Shown piece by piece: positions 12,291 to 23,767 of a stretch of 64,000 nt of DNA. Each line of letters opens with the position of its first letter. The stretch's first letter is position 1. The position numbers and the translations under genes were made by a program. The stretch is from Sminthopsis crassicaudata. Its lineage: Eukaryota. Under the pieces are notes generated by a model. That model was not told the DNA's origin, did no database searches, and saw only the letters and a list, made by a program, of their open reading frames with translations. The stretch is from NCBI RefSeq assembly GCF_048593235.1, contig NC_133620.1:216444852-216508851 (forward strand), in the 5' to 3' direction.

Positions 12291-12321
<31 letters not shown>

Positions 12322-14310
12322 GAAGCGCTTCCTGTAATGAACATGTGTGTAGCCATGTCTCAGAGCAGGAAGTTATCCAGTGTTACCTAAAATTTGATCT
12401 GAGCACATCATGATTTTTCAATATCTGAACACTAGGAAATTTAAGAGAAATAGTTGGCATATATTTTATATCTGATTCAGTTGAATGCAGTCCAAATGTG
12501 AGCTTAAAGAATTAGATTTTATATTAGAACTTGGGAGCATGATGAAAGGGGCAGTTCACAATTTTCTCCTTTTTAGAACAAATTTGCTGCTCAGAATCCT
12601 ATCACTGCAGTGAAAAGTCTTTCCTTTGGGAACACTGATGCAGAAAATTTTTACTTTAAAAAAAAGAACTCTTTCACACAGTGAGGAAGAGTGGGAAGGG
12701 CCTAGCTTTTTTTTTTTTTTAACTTTATTTATTGAAGTATATGATTTGACAAAGTTGTTAGAATATCATAAGCAATAATCAAATGTGTCTTTATAGATAT
12801 TGCAAGAATGTATACAAAAAGTGAAAGTGAGGCTTTCAAAAGTCAGGAAAATGATGAACTACCCCAGAAGAGAACTGTTGTACTTCCAAAGAGAATTGGG
12901 CTGTTTATATTGATTTTAATAGAGAAAAGATCCCAGGGATCGGTCATAAATTGGTCTTGTTTGATAATGTGGGCATCCACACAAAAACTGTAAATGTTCC
13001 TTTGTAAAACTTGTAAATTTTATTTATACTGTCTTGTTTTGTATACATATNNNNNNNNNNNNNNNNNNNNNNNNNNNNNNNNNNNNNNNNNNNNNNNNNN
13101 NNNNNNNNNNNNNNNNNNNNNNNNNNNNNNNNNNNNNNNNNNNNNNNNNNNNNNNNNNNNNNNNNNNNNNNNNNNNNNNNNNNNNNNNNNATTTAAATGG
13201 ATTGCTCCCACCCCTCCCCATGACCTTCTAGTTCCCCCTTTTTACTTTTCTTTTAGATCACTGTACAGTGTTATTTGACAGTTTATTTATTTTTCGTTTG
13301 ATCAGCTAGAAAAGCAGTCAATATAATTTCACTAAACTGTTTTCTTTTGTCCCTTAAGAAAAAAAAAATGTAAAAAATGCTTTGAATTAGCATAATCCCG
13401 TTCCATAGACACTTCCATTTGTAATCTTTGTAATAGACTGTAAATATATTTTTGGAACTATAACACCATGTGCTCGAGGGTTATTTTTCAGTGTCGGCAG
13501 TGTATATCAGTGTTTATACTAAGTACAGCACTTTACAATTCTAATCAGTAGCATTGGCCTTTGAGAGAGTGAGTGAAAGAGACTGAGTGAGTGCTATTAG
13601 TACAGTTTAGCTTTTAAACTCACTAATAATGGGGTTCTTTTCTTGTTCATAGCTTAAGGTGCTTATTTTTTCTATTAGAAATCAAATTAACAAAAAAGCC
13701 ATTCTAGACCTAGGAGATATAGCATATGGTACATGCAAATTGTGTCTTTCCTGCTTTTTTCTAGCACTAGATTTATAGCTGAGTAATCTTTCTTGAGTAG
13801 AAGGGCAGAATAAAAGTGTTGGGTTTGTTTTTTTCAGAAATGACTTTTTTCTTCAGCAATATACCTCATCTGCCTTAAATTTTTTACAGCTCAATACAGG
13901 GAAAAGGGAGAAGGGATGGGAAAGACACAGAGCACAATAGGAAATGTATGCTTACACCGCTATCTCATTTTAGGTCAGTTATCCCCTTCACCATTATCAT
14001 TTTGGATTACATGTATGTGAACCAAGTATTGACTCAGAGAGACTCAACATTGTAATGCTGATTGTAATGCTTTCTTTCAGAAAGAGATGAGACAGCATAA
14101 TGACAAGAATGTACAAATTGCACCTTGAAACTTTTATTGAGAAATTAGTGCTCAGGGGAGGAAAAGATGAGAAAGTGAGAGTCAGTAATAAGATTCCGAA
14201 ATTATAAAGCTGCAAAGGACATGGCCTCCTTGATTTAATCTAGCCACCTTTTTTTTTTTTTTAAAGAACACTGTCTTCACACTTGACTTGTGTTTTGCCT
14301 TCAGTACTGA

Positions 14311-14316
14311 AATAAA
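14311..14316 (+). terminator. Candidate polyadenylation signal AATAAA
   Basis: tcagtactgaAATAAAaataactgttttattaaa, with a second hexamer ATTAAA just downstream. Confidence 0.55.
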
Positions 14317-14874
14317 AATAACTGTTTTATTAAATCTGGATCTAACCTTTTCTGAGCAATTGGATTGGGCCTTGTTTGCTGGAACTCTTGGGTAATGCTT
14401 GTCAGAGCCCTATTAGTTGGATCATGCTGTATACTCATGTAATCTACATTAGCTAGGACTATTTGGAACTCTTTTAATTGCTCTTATCAGTGTTTTTACA
14501 TCAATTGAAAAAATGGGTGTAATTCACCTTTTAAAAAATATATTATTTAGGCAATGGTGGTATTCTCCCTTCTGTTTCATGATGAGCAGCCTGAAAAGCA
14601 GACTGCTCATTCACTGTATGACTAGGAGATGTGCATGTGCAAAGCGATTGTCAATGTAAATTTTTCTTTCTAGATGTTGAGAAATCATGGGGGAATTGGG
14701 GAGAGATATGCTTTTTTTTTTTTGTTTGCTGGATTTGTCCCTCCTTGCCTAAGAATTACCACAAGGGTCATCCTTTTATAAGGTCAAACTGACTTTGAAC
14801 AGTATCTTAATGTATCAAGCACAAATAACTCTTTCTTCAACATCAATCTTAAAAAAGTCTTTTTACCAGCGCAA

Positions 14875-14907
<33 letters not shown>
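14875..14907 (+). terminator. (AAT)10 repeat ending in AATAAA (14902-14907), candidate distal poly(A) signal
   Basis: Followed by a CA dinucleotide ~28 nt downstream and GU-rich ggattgtttggtgt. Confidence 0.5.
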
Positions 14908-15234
14908 CAAGTCTAATAGACTATGTAAAGAATACACTGTCTGTAATCATTGATGGATTGTTTGGTGTCCCTACCCATCCTTTATTTTCTTATTTAGTGT
15001 TAGGAAAGAGGCCCCAGAACATTCAGTGTTTTATTCAAACATTTAATTGAGCCAATCTGGTTCTGCCAGAAACTATCCTCTCTCACACTTTACTCCCTAC
15101 TTGTGTATACTCCTTTAATCTTCTAGTCCTTTGGTACTATTATACATGCCTGCAGAAAGGTATGCCTTCAAAACACTATTGACAAGCACCTGGGCCAAAA
15201 GCTTTTTACCTTGGTCATTCATATACAGGGTAGG

Positions 15235-15490
15235 TAGATAGCATTTCTGAATAGAAAGAACAGTAGACATAGAGTCAGAAGAACTGTATTAGAGTCTTAG
15301 CTCATAGCAAGTATTTGTCATGTGATCTTGAACAAATCAATTCACCTCTCTGAGCCTTCATTGTCCTTATCTGTAAAATGGGGACAACATAACTTGCACT
15401 GCCTACCTCACAGGGTTGTTGTGGGGAAAGTGCTTTATAAAATGTATTGTGCTATAAACAATGTGAATTATTATTATCATTATTATTATT
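15235..15490 (+). mobile_element. Near full-length MIR SINE
   Basis: Head, CORE (ctctgagccttc...atctgtaaaatggggac) and tail (cctacctcacagggttgttgtg...tattattat). Confidence 0.85.
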
Positions 15491-15724
15491 ATAGCAAGAA
15501 AAAATTTCAAAGAAAAAAAATTGAATGAATTTCCCTATATTCTTCAAACTTCTATTTAAATGAGTATAGTATAGAAGTCAATGGAAGTGGTTTGGGATAT
15601 TTGAATACTAGTAAATCAACCATAGAATAGGAAGAAACCTCAGAAATTAGTTCAATTCATACCAGAATAAAAACGGCCTCTCTAATAGCCGTCATCTATA
15701 TCTGAACTTCTTAAACTTTTTCCA

Positions 15725-15892
15725 TTCTTAACCCCTTCTGACCCATGAAATTTTTATGTGACCCATGAAATTTTTATGTGACCCAAGGTATATAGGTATG
15801 TAAAATACTGATAATAAATCATAGTTTTGCGATCCCCACTTTCAGTTACATGACTTTGTATGAGATCATGATCCAATATTTAAGAAGCTTTT
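15725..15892. mobile_element. hAT (Charlie-type) non-autonomous DNA transposon remnant
   Basis: ttaacccctt...gttttgcgatccccactttcagttacatgac...atttaagaagctt resembles marsupial hAT MITEs. Contains a perfect 20-bp tandem duplication. Confidence 0.5.
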
Positions 15893-16953
15893 ATCTAGAT
15901 ATCATTTGAAAATTTCTAGTGCCCAGAAACTCAGTGCCTTTCAAAGCAGCCAGTTCCATTGATTTTTGACAATTTTATTAGGATTTTTTCCCCCAATTAG
16001 ATATGGTCAAATCTGTCTCTCAGGTATTTCTACCTCCACAATTTCCTCTGCTCTGTTCTCTATTCTGGCCTAGGATAAAACTAAGTGAACAACAATACTT
16101 CAAATATTTGAGGGATGTGAAAACTGCAATCATGTCCCCCACTCAGACTTACAGATTTTGTTCTGCATTTTTAAATCTGTTCTTCATTCATTTTTATTCG
16201 AACTCATGTCATTTTCTTTCTAATGCCCTCCACTTGACAATACTGATTCTAAAATATCTTTGAGAGATAGAACTATAGTTGTAGTCTGACCAAGATTCAC
16301 TCCTTATTACATCACCACACTCATGCTCCCCTTGGATGCTGTGCTTTCATTAAGAAAGCAAATGATTCCATTTGTTTTCTTGACCTCCCACATAACACTT
16401 CTGTCTAATAGAGAGCTTCTAGCACAGTAGCTAATTTGCTGCCTGTAGTGATCATGAGATCCTAGAAAAGAGAGACAAAGACAAAGAGAAATACAGGCAG
16501 AAAAAAACAATGACTTAGATAGATGGAGGAAATATAATCCTATTGGCTGGCTAAATCTCTTTTTAGCTTAAAATTTTGGTTTTGAATAATGCAAAATTAT
16601 TGCCTCCACACTTCTTTTCATTAACTTTGAGGCCTACTGAATAGACATTGATATGCTTTAGCCTGTCATTGCCTGAACATAACAATTCATAATAATTAAT
16701 AACCCCTGGTAACAATATTTCTGTTTTCACAAACATGAGTTTATAAACAGTGATCTGGGAAGATGCTATTAGTTACATATATGTGAAAATGAGAGGCAGA
16801 CAGGTAGATAACTAAAACCCACAACTAATCCATAAAGCTCATTCTGGCTAGTAGCTTTAACTTCTTCTCCATCAGATACATAGCCCCCAAAACATCCTTC
16901 ATTTTCTTTATCCACAGTACCCGACCAATTAAGCACATTCAAGAGATGGAAAA

Positions 16954-16987
<34 letters not shown>

Positions 16988-17744
16988 TCATCTTTTGGAC
17001 AATATACAAAAAGATGATTAGACTGGTTAATTGAAATAAAAACTATATATTTCTTTAAAACATGGGATTTCTTAAATGATATACAAATACAAAGTTGTAC
17101 TAGTACCAATGATTTTTCTCTGACTCTTTCTGTGTTTTTCTCCTTCTCCTAACCCTCCCTACATGAATATCAATACAACTTTAATATTGCTGAAAGATAA
17201 CATGTCTTTGGAAAGTGCAGTCTTCTAATTTAAATCCTGCTAAAATACACATTTTTCCCTTTCATTTTTTGAGTTATGTGCATATCTGAAATGCAGGCCC
17301 ATCCATGGTTTCTTAGATTTGTGGCTGAATGGAAGGAACATATATACAAAGCTGAGAAATGATCAAGTTGCTAAGGTCACAGAATCATAATTATTGATAT
17401 TCAGAAAAGACTGAATAAAATATGTGATTCTCTGTAGTTAGAGCATTTTCATTAAATTCTGGGTGATTCTCTAAAGCAACAATGAAGAGAATAGCAGCTT
17501 TCTTTTCTTTATGTTTGCACCCTGCTCAATGAGCCTCCATCTGACATTTTTTTTTCTTCCAGTAATAGCAACCAAAATGTAATTAGAAACATAGGTAAAG
17601 GAAACCTCCATATTTTTTCAGAAGCCTTTTTTATAAGCCTCATTAAAGAGCAAATATTTTTAATGGATTTCCAATAGCAATGTGAGCTGAGGAAATGAAA
17701 AATATTCTCTCTTTCTCATTGATTTTTGGAATAAAATCAACCAA

Positions 17745-17870
17745 TCAATCAAACAATAAAGATTAATTAAGCTCCTACTAGGAATCAATCATTGTGCTAA
17801 ATTCAGGAGATAAACAAAGAGATAAAAGAAAATCCCTTCCCTCTAGGAGCTTACCATCTAATGGAACAAA
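17745..17870 (-). mobile_element. L2 3' end
   Basis: aatcaatcaaacaataaagattaattaagctcctact...cttccctctaggagcttaccatcta (antisense L2 tail). Confidence 0.6.
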
Positions 17871-19321
17871 ATGAATGCACTCATCCAATGACAATGATTC
17901 AATTGCATGTTGATTGACAGTATCAATAGGCCTGCCTTAATCAAATTTTCCTAGAGTCCAAACAACTGATCTTAAGTTCTCAGGAGAAGAGATTCTAAAA
18001 CTGAATTTAAAATAGTACTTAAATATGACATTCTCAGTCTAATAATCTTATTTTTTTTAGTATTTCCCTTATTAACAATCTTGTAAGGTAGGTAGTACAA
18101 AGTTTTGGATTCCTAAATCAGGAAATCAGTAAATGAAATTTCAGAGCAGAACAATAACTAACTCAACATCATTCAGCTAGCAAATAGAAGCTAAGATCCC
18201 AAAGGTCTAGATAATGTTTTAAGACTCCAACTAATTCTGACGTTCCAGTCTCCTTCCTGAAACCCAAACCCTTCTATCTGAACTCTACGTCAAGTGGACT
18301 CAGTGGTGAAGTAAGGTAGGCAATATGACTTGGAGCCAGGATGAACTCTGATAATTACTATTCATATGAAAAGGTAAATGGTTTTTCTATTAAGATCTTA
18401 TAAAATTTAGATAATAATGCCCTTAGTAGCTAGGTCACAGGGTTGCAGCAAGACTCAAATATAATTTATGTAAAAGCATTTCACAAACCTTCAAATATTA
18501 TATAAATGACTTGTTATTGTGCTTTTCTTTTATCCCAACAATATAGGTTCTAAATGATGAAGTCTTGCCTATATATGTATGTATCTATTTATCTAGATAT
18601 TTAAATATATACCTACCTATCTAGAGAGATAGGTCAGTAAATAAGATATAATAAGATATAGACATATACAAATACAGGTATATGTGTGTATATGCATATC
18701 ATATGTATGTGTGTGGATATGGGTGTGGATGTATGTATGTATAGATATAGATGCATATATATAATTTATATATGTATATATAATTATATGTTTGTGTGAA
18801 ATCATTATTTTGGAACTAGAAAAGAATTTAAGTTCATCCACTCTTTTTAGAGATAAAGAAATTGAGATGAGATCTCAAAATATGAAATAACTCCCTAAGG
18901 TTACATGATAAATGGCAAAACCAGGATATAGTCAAGACTGCATTATGTGCTTCTGTATGTATACATATGCACGTATTCCTGCCTGCATATTTGATCAGAC
19001 CTGTGATTTCATTAATATACTGAATAATACTGATGAGGAAATCTCCTCTTCTAATTCAGATTTGCATTTTAAAGAATTGCATATGGAGCACTAAGAGATT
19101 GCCCAAGGTCATGGTCATGGATTTCAAGAGGCAAGACCAGAAGCTAGCCTTTCTGATTTTAAGTTTAGCTGACAATTTAGTATATAAAAGTATATAACAT
19201 ATATACACACAAATGCATATATATATATACATACATACATACATACATACATACACATATATGTATGTACATGTATACTTGTAAACACACATATATGTAT
19301 TAGGGTATATGTATGTGTATG

Positions 19322-19557
19322 CACATGTGTGTATATAAAGTAGCTAGATGGTACAGTAAGTTGAATCAGGGAGACCTGGGTTCAAATCTGCCCTCAGGCA
19401 CGTCCTAACTAAATGACCCTGGGTAAGTCCCTCAACCTGTTTATCTCAGTGTCATCTGTTAAAATTAGCTGGAAAAGGATATAGCATTCAACTCCAGTAT
19501 CTTTGTTAAGAAAATGAGATCATGAAGTCAGACATGACTGAAATACTACTGAACACC
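19322..19557 (+). mobile_element. MAR1-type SINE (CORE-SINE with RTE-derived tail)
   Basis: tRNA-like head (gggttcaaatc), CORE, then ctccagtatctttgttaagaaaa...agtcagacatgactgaa (BovB/RTE-type 3' end). Confidence 0.8.
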
Positions 19558-20715
19558 AAAATGTATATAACTATATATATATTTGTGTGTATATCTGCTT
19601 ATGTGTCTATATTTAGTATGCGTAACTAGTATTTATCTAAGGATTTCAAAGTATTATATGTGTGCATGTATATATGTTTATATACTGCATATGATTTAGT
19701 TAAATTTATGACATGACATAATGAAAAGTTTTGAATTTTACATCAGAAAACCCATTTTTAAATCTAGTTCCACAACTTACTGTGTAAACTTGGGCAAGCT
19801 TTTTCATCTTTTTGAATGGCATATTCTTTATCTTTAAAATGAGGAGGTTGAACCAGATGATATAGGTAGACATGTTTGTGTCTAAATATTTAAAATGCAC
19901 ATTTTATTCAACTTAAGTAGATATCTTATCTAGATAGTATTTTGTGGAGCATACCTACAGGATTTAAGCATGTGTAAGAAATGAAGAATTAGACTAAGTG
20001 AAGCCACATGTTCCACACATTATAGGTGTTCAGGAAAAGAAACAATAATGAGCATGAAACAGATCCAATAACAGCATACATTGAAGATAACCAAGTTAAA
20101 TGGACTAACTGGATATATGGAACCAGGATATAAAAAATAATAGAAAGAACATACATTCTGAAGCATTGGTTCTATGAATTATAGCTAATATTCTTCTTAA
20201 TAAGAATTTAAAAATTGAATAGAATAGATGGAGGAACCTACAAAGCTTTTTTTTTAACTTTTTATAAAGATAATGAGGTTACAATGACCCGGATTTCATT
20301 GAAACTGATAGTAGCATCAGAGAAGACTTGGTAATGAATCACATTAGAAATTTCAAAGGTATAACCTGACCTCTTCCCATCTTTTTTGTTAATAACTTAC
20401 ACTGGGACATTCAAAGCAAGACTGACTGGAAAGCTTAAATTTACAATGAACATGAGCAAGGGCTCACCATTTTCTGGGTTCTAACATCTTGAGTCAATTG
20501 AGCAGGTGAAACTGGCTATCATTTTGAGATTAGGCAGGGTTATTGAGATAAACTGAGGGTGCTCTCCAGAGGCTTTGTAATAGTTCTATGCTGCCATTTA
20601 GTTATGTGCTTAGTACAAAGCCTCATGGGCCTTTTATATGTTTATGCCATAGACCCAGCACTTAATTTCAATGAAAACCTAGTTCTTTAAGGTTTAAAGG
20701 ATAGCAGTATAGCTT

Positions 20716-20880
20716 CAGAGATTCATAACCTTTTTATGTATGTTGTATATGCCTTCCCAGAATAATGTTTTTAAGTGCAAAAAATAGCATCCACAAGATT
20801 ACAAAAGTATGAATATATTGAAATACAGTTATCAACATTCAAAAAAAGTTTATATACTTTTAAGGTTAAGAATTCTTAAC
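20716..20880. mobile_element. hAT-Charlie MITE remnant
   Basis: cagagattcataacc...cagaataatgtttttaagtgc...attgaaatacagttatc...ggttaagaattct, with degenerate terminal inverted repeats. Confidence 0.5.
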
Positions 20881-21459
20881 TGGTAAATAAATGAATTAAT
20901 TAAAATATTCATTAAATATTTACTATGTGACTGGGCTGAGAATACAAATATGAACAAGCAAAAAGACTCTGCCCTCAGAAAACTTTCATTTTAATAGGTG
21001 AAGATAATTGTCTTGAATTGTAAAATCAGAAGGAATCATTACTGGTAAGAAAATTGATTGAAATATTCTAAGTGAGAATGGTAAGGATTGATCTGATTAT
21101 AGCTATCAGAGCTATCAGGGAAAAGCACACTTGCTTATCAGGCATGTAATGAATGCATGTTTACTGATTGATTGTGGTAGCCTTGAGGTAGCCAAGAAAT
21201 AGTATAAATTGCCTAAGTCAAGGTAAAAATGGATAAAAAAAAAAAAAAATGAGAATGGGACCTTCAATTCCTTAAGGAAAATTGGTGGCATGACGTGGAA
21301 ATGGCTGGAAAATGTTTAATAAATATTTGATTAATTAAATTCAATTGATGGGGCAAAGAAGCATGACCTGATACTTGCCTGATTAGTGACTTTAATCACC
21401 TATTTGACTGTTCTGTCAAGAAATATTTTGAGTCTACTATATTCTGGGATAATAGTATA

Positions 21460-21538
<79 letters not shown>
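21460..21538. repeat. (GT)n(AT)~33 microsatellite
   Basis: Read directly. Confidence 0.97.
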
Positions 21539-21540
<2 letters not shown>

Positions 21541-23767
21541 AAAGGAATTCAGAAGTAATATAAAACACAATCTTTTTCCTTATGGAATTTATAAGCTAAG
21601 TAGAAAGATAAAACTAAAAAATACAGAATCACATAGGAGATTGCATTTGATAAAAGAGTGAAGGGGAAAAGTGTGAGGGAGGGGTTTCAGGGGATTCCCT
21701 GATAAATTTGATTACTTTCCCCATCAATAGGTTGAAATTATCAGGTGTGGATCTTAGACAGAACTGTAACACTTCTCATGATAATAGTTTCTTGACATAA
21801 CATAGGAAACTTTCCTAATTGGTTAATAATGACTACCTTTTGATAGACTGGGGTTTTTTTAAAAGTATTTGTTAGAAGAACAAGGGGTTGGAATCTCACG
21901 AGAACAACTAATATCTCACCTCTGCTATGCAAAATTTAGCTAAAATACCAGTTTATGGTGTTATGAGTTTAACACCAATATTCATGTGTTTTGTTAATTC
22001 CTGGATTTCCAAAGAAGAATGCAATTTCCCTTAGAAGAGACCATGGCAATTATCAGTTAAGGATATAGCAAGCTATACTGATGTCCAAATGATCTGATAT
22101 AAGAATTCATAGACTTTGGAATTGTGGTCACTTTCTGCCTTTGTTTTCTTTGCTGAACCCAGATCTACAGTTCTTGAAAATGGATTTTCACTCTGCTATA
22201 TCATAGCCACTGGAATATTGGTTGAATTTTTACAGAAGCACAAGAAAGTAGTGGATATATATGCTTAATTGTAGTTTGAAAACAGTTATACACAGATAAT
22301 TGCATTGACCCCCTTATCTTCTGTGTAGAAGATGTAGTTATGGTTTGGATTCCCAAAGCTTGAGGATCCCAGATCCTAGTCATTTGGCTTATGTATTTTC
22401 TATAGTGGTGAAAAATACAATAAATAAAGGCTGCCCTTTCTCTGATGTTCATACTTTACATAAAGCATTCATATGGAAGTTGAAGAATCTCTAAATTCAA
22501 AAACCAAATTCAGAAAGCATTGAGTTATAACCAAACTTTATTTCAGAGATTTTTCTCAATTAAAATTGTAGGATGGGGGCAACAAGCCAACAAGAACAAA
22601 TGATGCCCATATAGGTCAAGTTCTCAGGCTCAAACCCAGTCTGAGTGACAGACCTCATTGGAGGAACTTGTAACTTGATATTGGATAGTTTGGCCAATGC
22701 TGGCCAATTGAAACCTAAAAAATATAAGCAGACACCTCTGAATTTATAAAAACAATGTTGAAGGAAGTTAGTCTGGCTGTGATATGCACAGAAGCTAGCG
22801 AGGAAGTTCTTGAAATAATGCAAGTTTGAAATCAAAAAGAAGTTCTAAGTTGTATATATGAAACAGGACAGACACAAGATACATTTCAAAAGAGAAATTC
22901 ATGGAAAAAAAGAGAAATTCATAGTGAAAGGTGAAGAAAGGGGAATTAAGGGGAAAATGAATAAAATTTTTGTGGTTTTTAGCTTTGACTAATGAAAAGA
23001 TTATGCTTCCATTAATGAAGACAGAAAAGTTGAGAGGATAAACTGGCCTAATTATTCTTTATCAACCTGAGATGCTAGAGCTAAAAATAAAATGACAATT
23101 GTTACACATTTATTTATTAAGCATCTACTATGAGTAAGCACAGTTCTAAATGCTGAGGACAATGAATAAAAACAAAGCAGTCTCTACCTATGAGGAACTT
23201 TTAGTCTATTTAAGGGTTGGCACTGGTAGAAAGACCTCTCTGTTGTCTCCAGGCCTAACCTAGATATTAAGAATCCCATGGATATTTCCCTAAAATCCAC
23301 AGAATTTTATTCATTCAATCCCATTTTACCATCTTTGTACCTATTTCAGATTTATTTGCCACTCTTCTAGAATTACTAATTTATTTTAAAAGGCTCTGAA
23401 CCAGGTGAGATTGAGCTATAGATTGAACTTTAGGTTTTTCCATAGATTTTTTCTTTTAGCCTATTATAGTAGTTAGACAGGGCCTACAAATGAAACATTC
23501 CTATTTGATAGGCCAAACTCCTTCTAAACTAAGGTGCTTCCTTAGTACTTGTAAAGAATGCTGTCAACATTCTCTCTCAGACAAAAGAAAGGAATTTCTG
23601 AGAATGTCACTGGGTAAAAGACACTGACAGATCAGTCTTCCTTCAAAAACATCTTAATTATAGTCATTCTTTGGTTTAAAATGTCCTTAAGTATAAATCA
23701 AGAGATAAAGCTGTTTTTATTTTAAAAGTTTAAGTTTTTTTTTTTTCCTGGTTATATGTGTACTTGA

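Larger units (their letters stand above)
11421..14935 (+). other. EPHA7: EPHA7 3' UTR (3' end uncertain: ~14335 or ~14935)
   Basis: About 3.5 kb with no recognisable transposon after the stop codon. Candidate AATAAA at 13809, 14311 and 14902; interspersed repeats resume at ~15.2 kb. Confidence 0.75.

Noticed and set aside
10263-13278. ORFs containing X runs (also at 30.2-30.6, 49.9-50.7 and 63.4-63.7 kb)
   Set aside because: Artefacts of reading through assembly gaps.
22560-22835. Protein-looking short frames (e.g. EFIKTMLKEVSLAVICTEASEEVLEIMQV)
   Set aside because: Short, bounded by stops, no recognisable family or splice context; adjacent to L2 debris.
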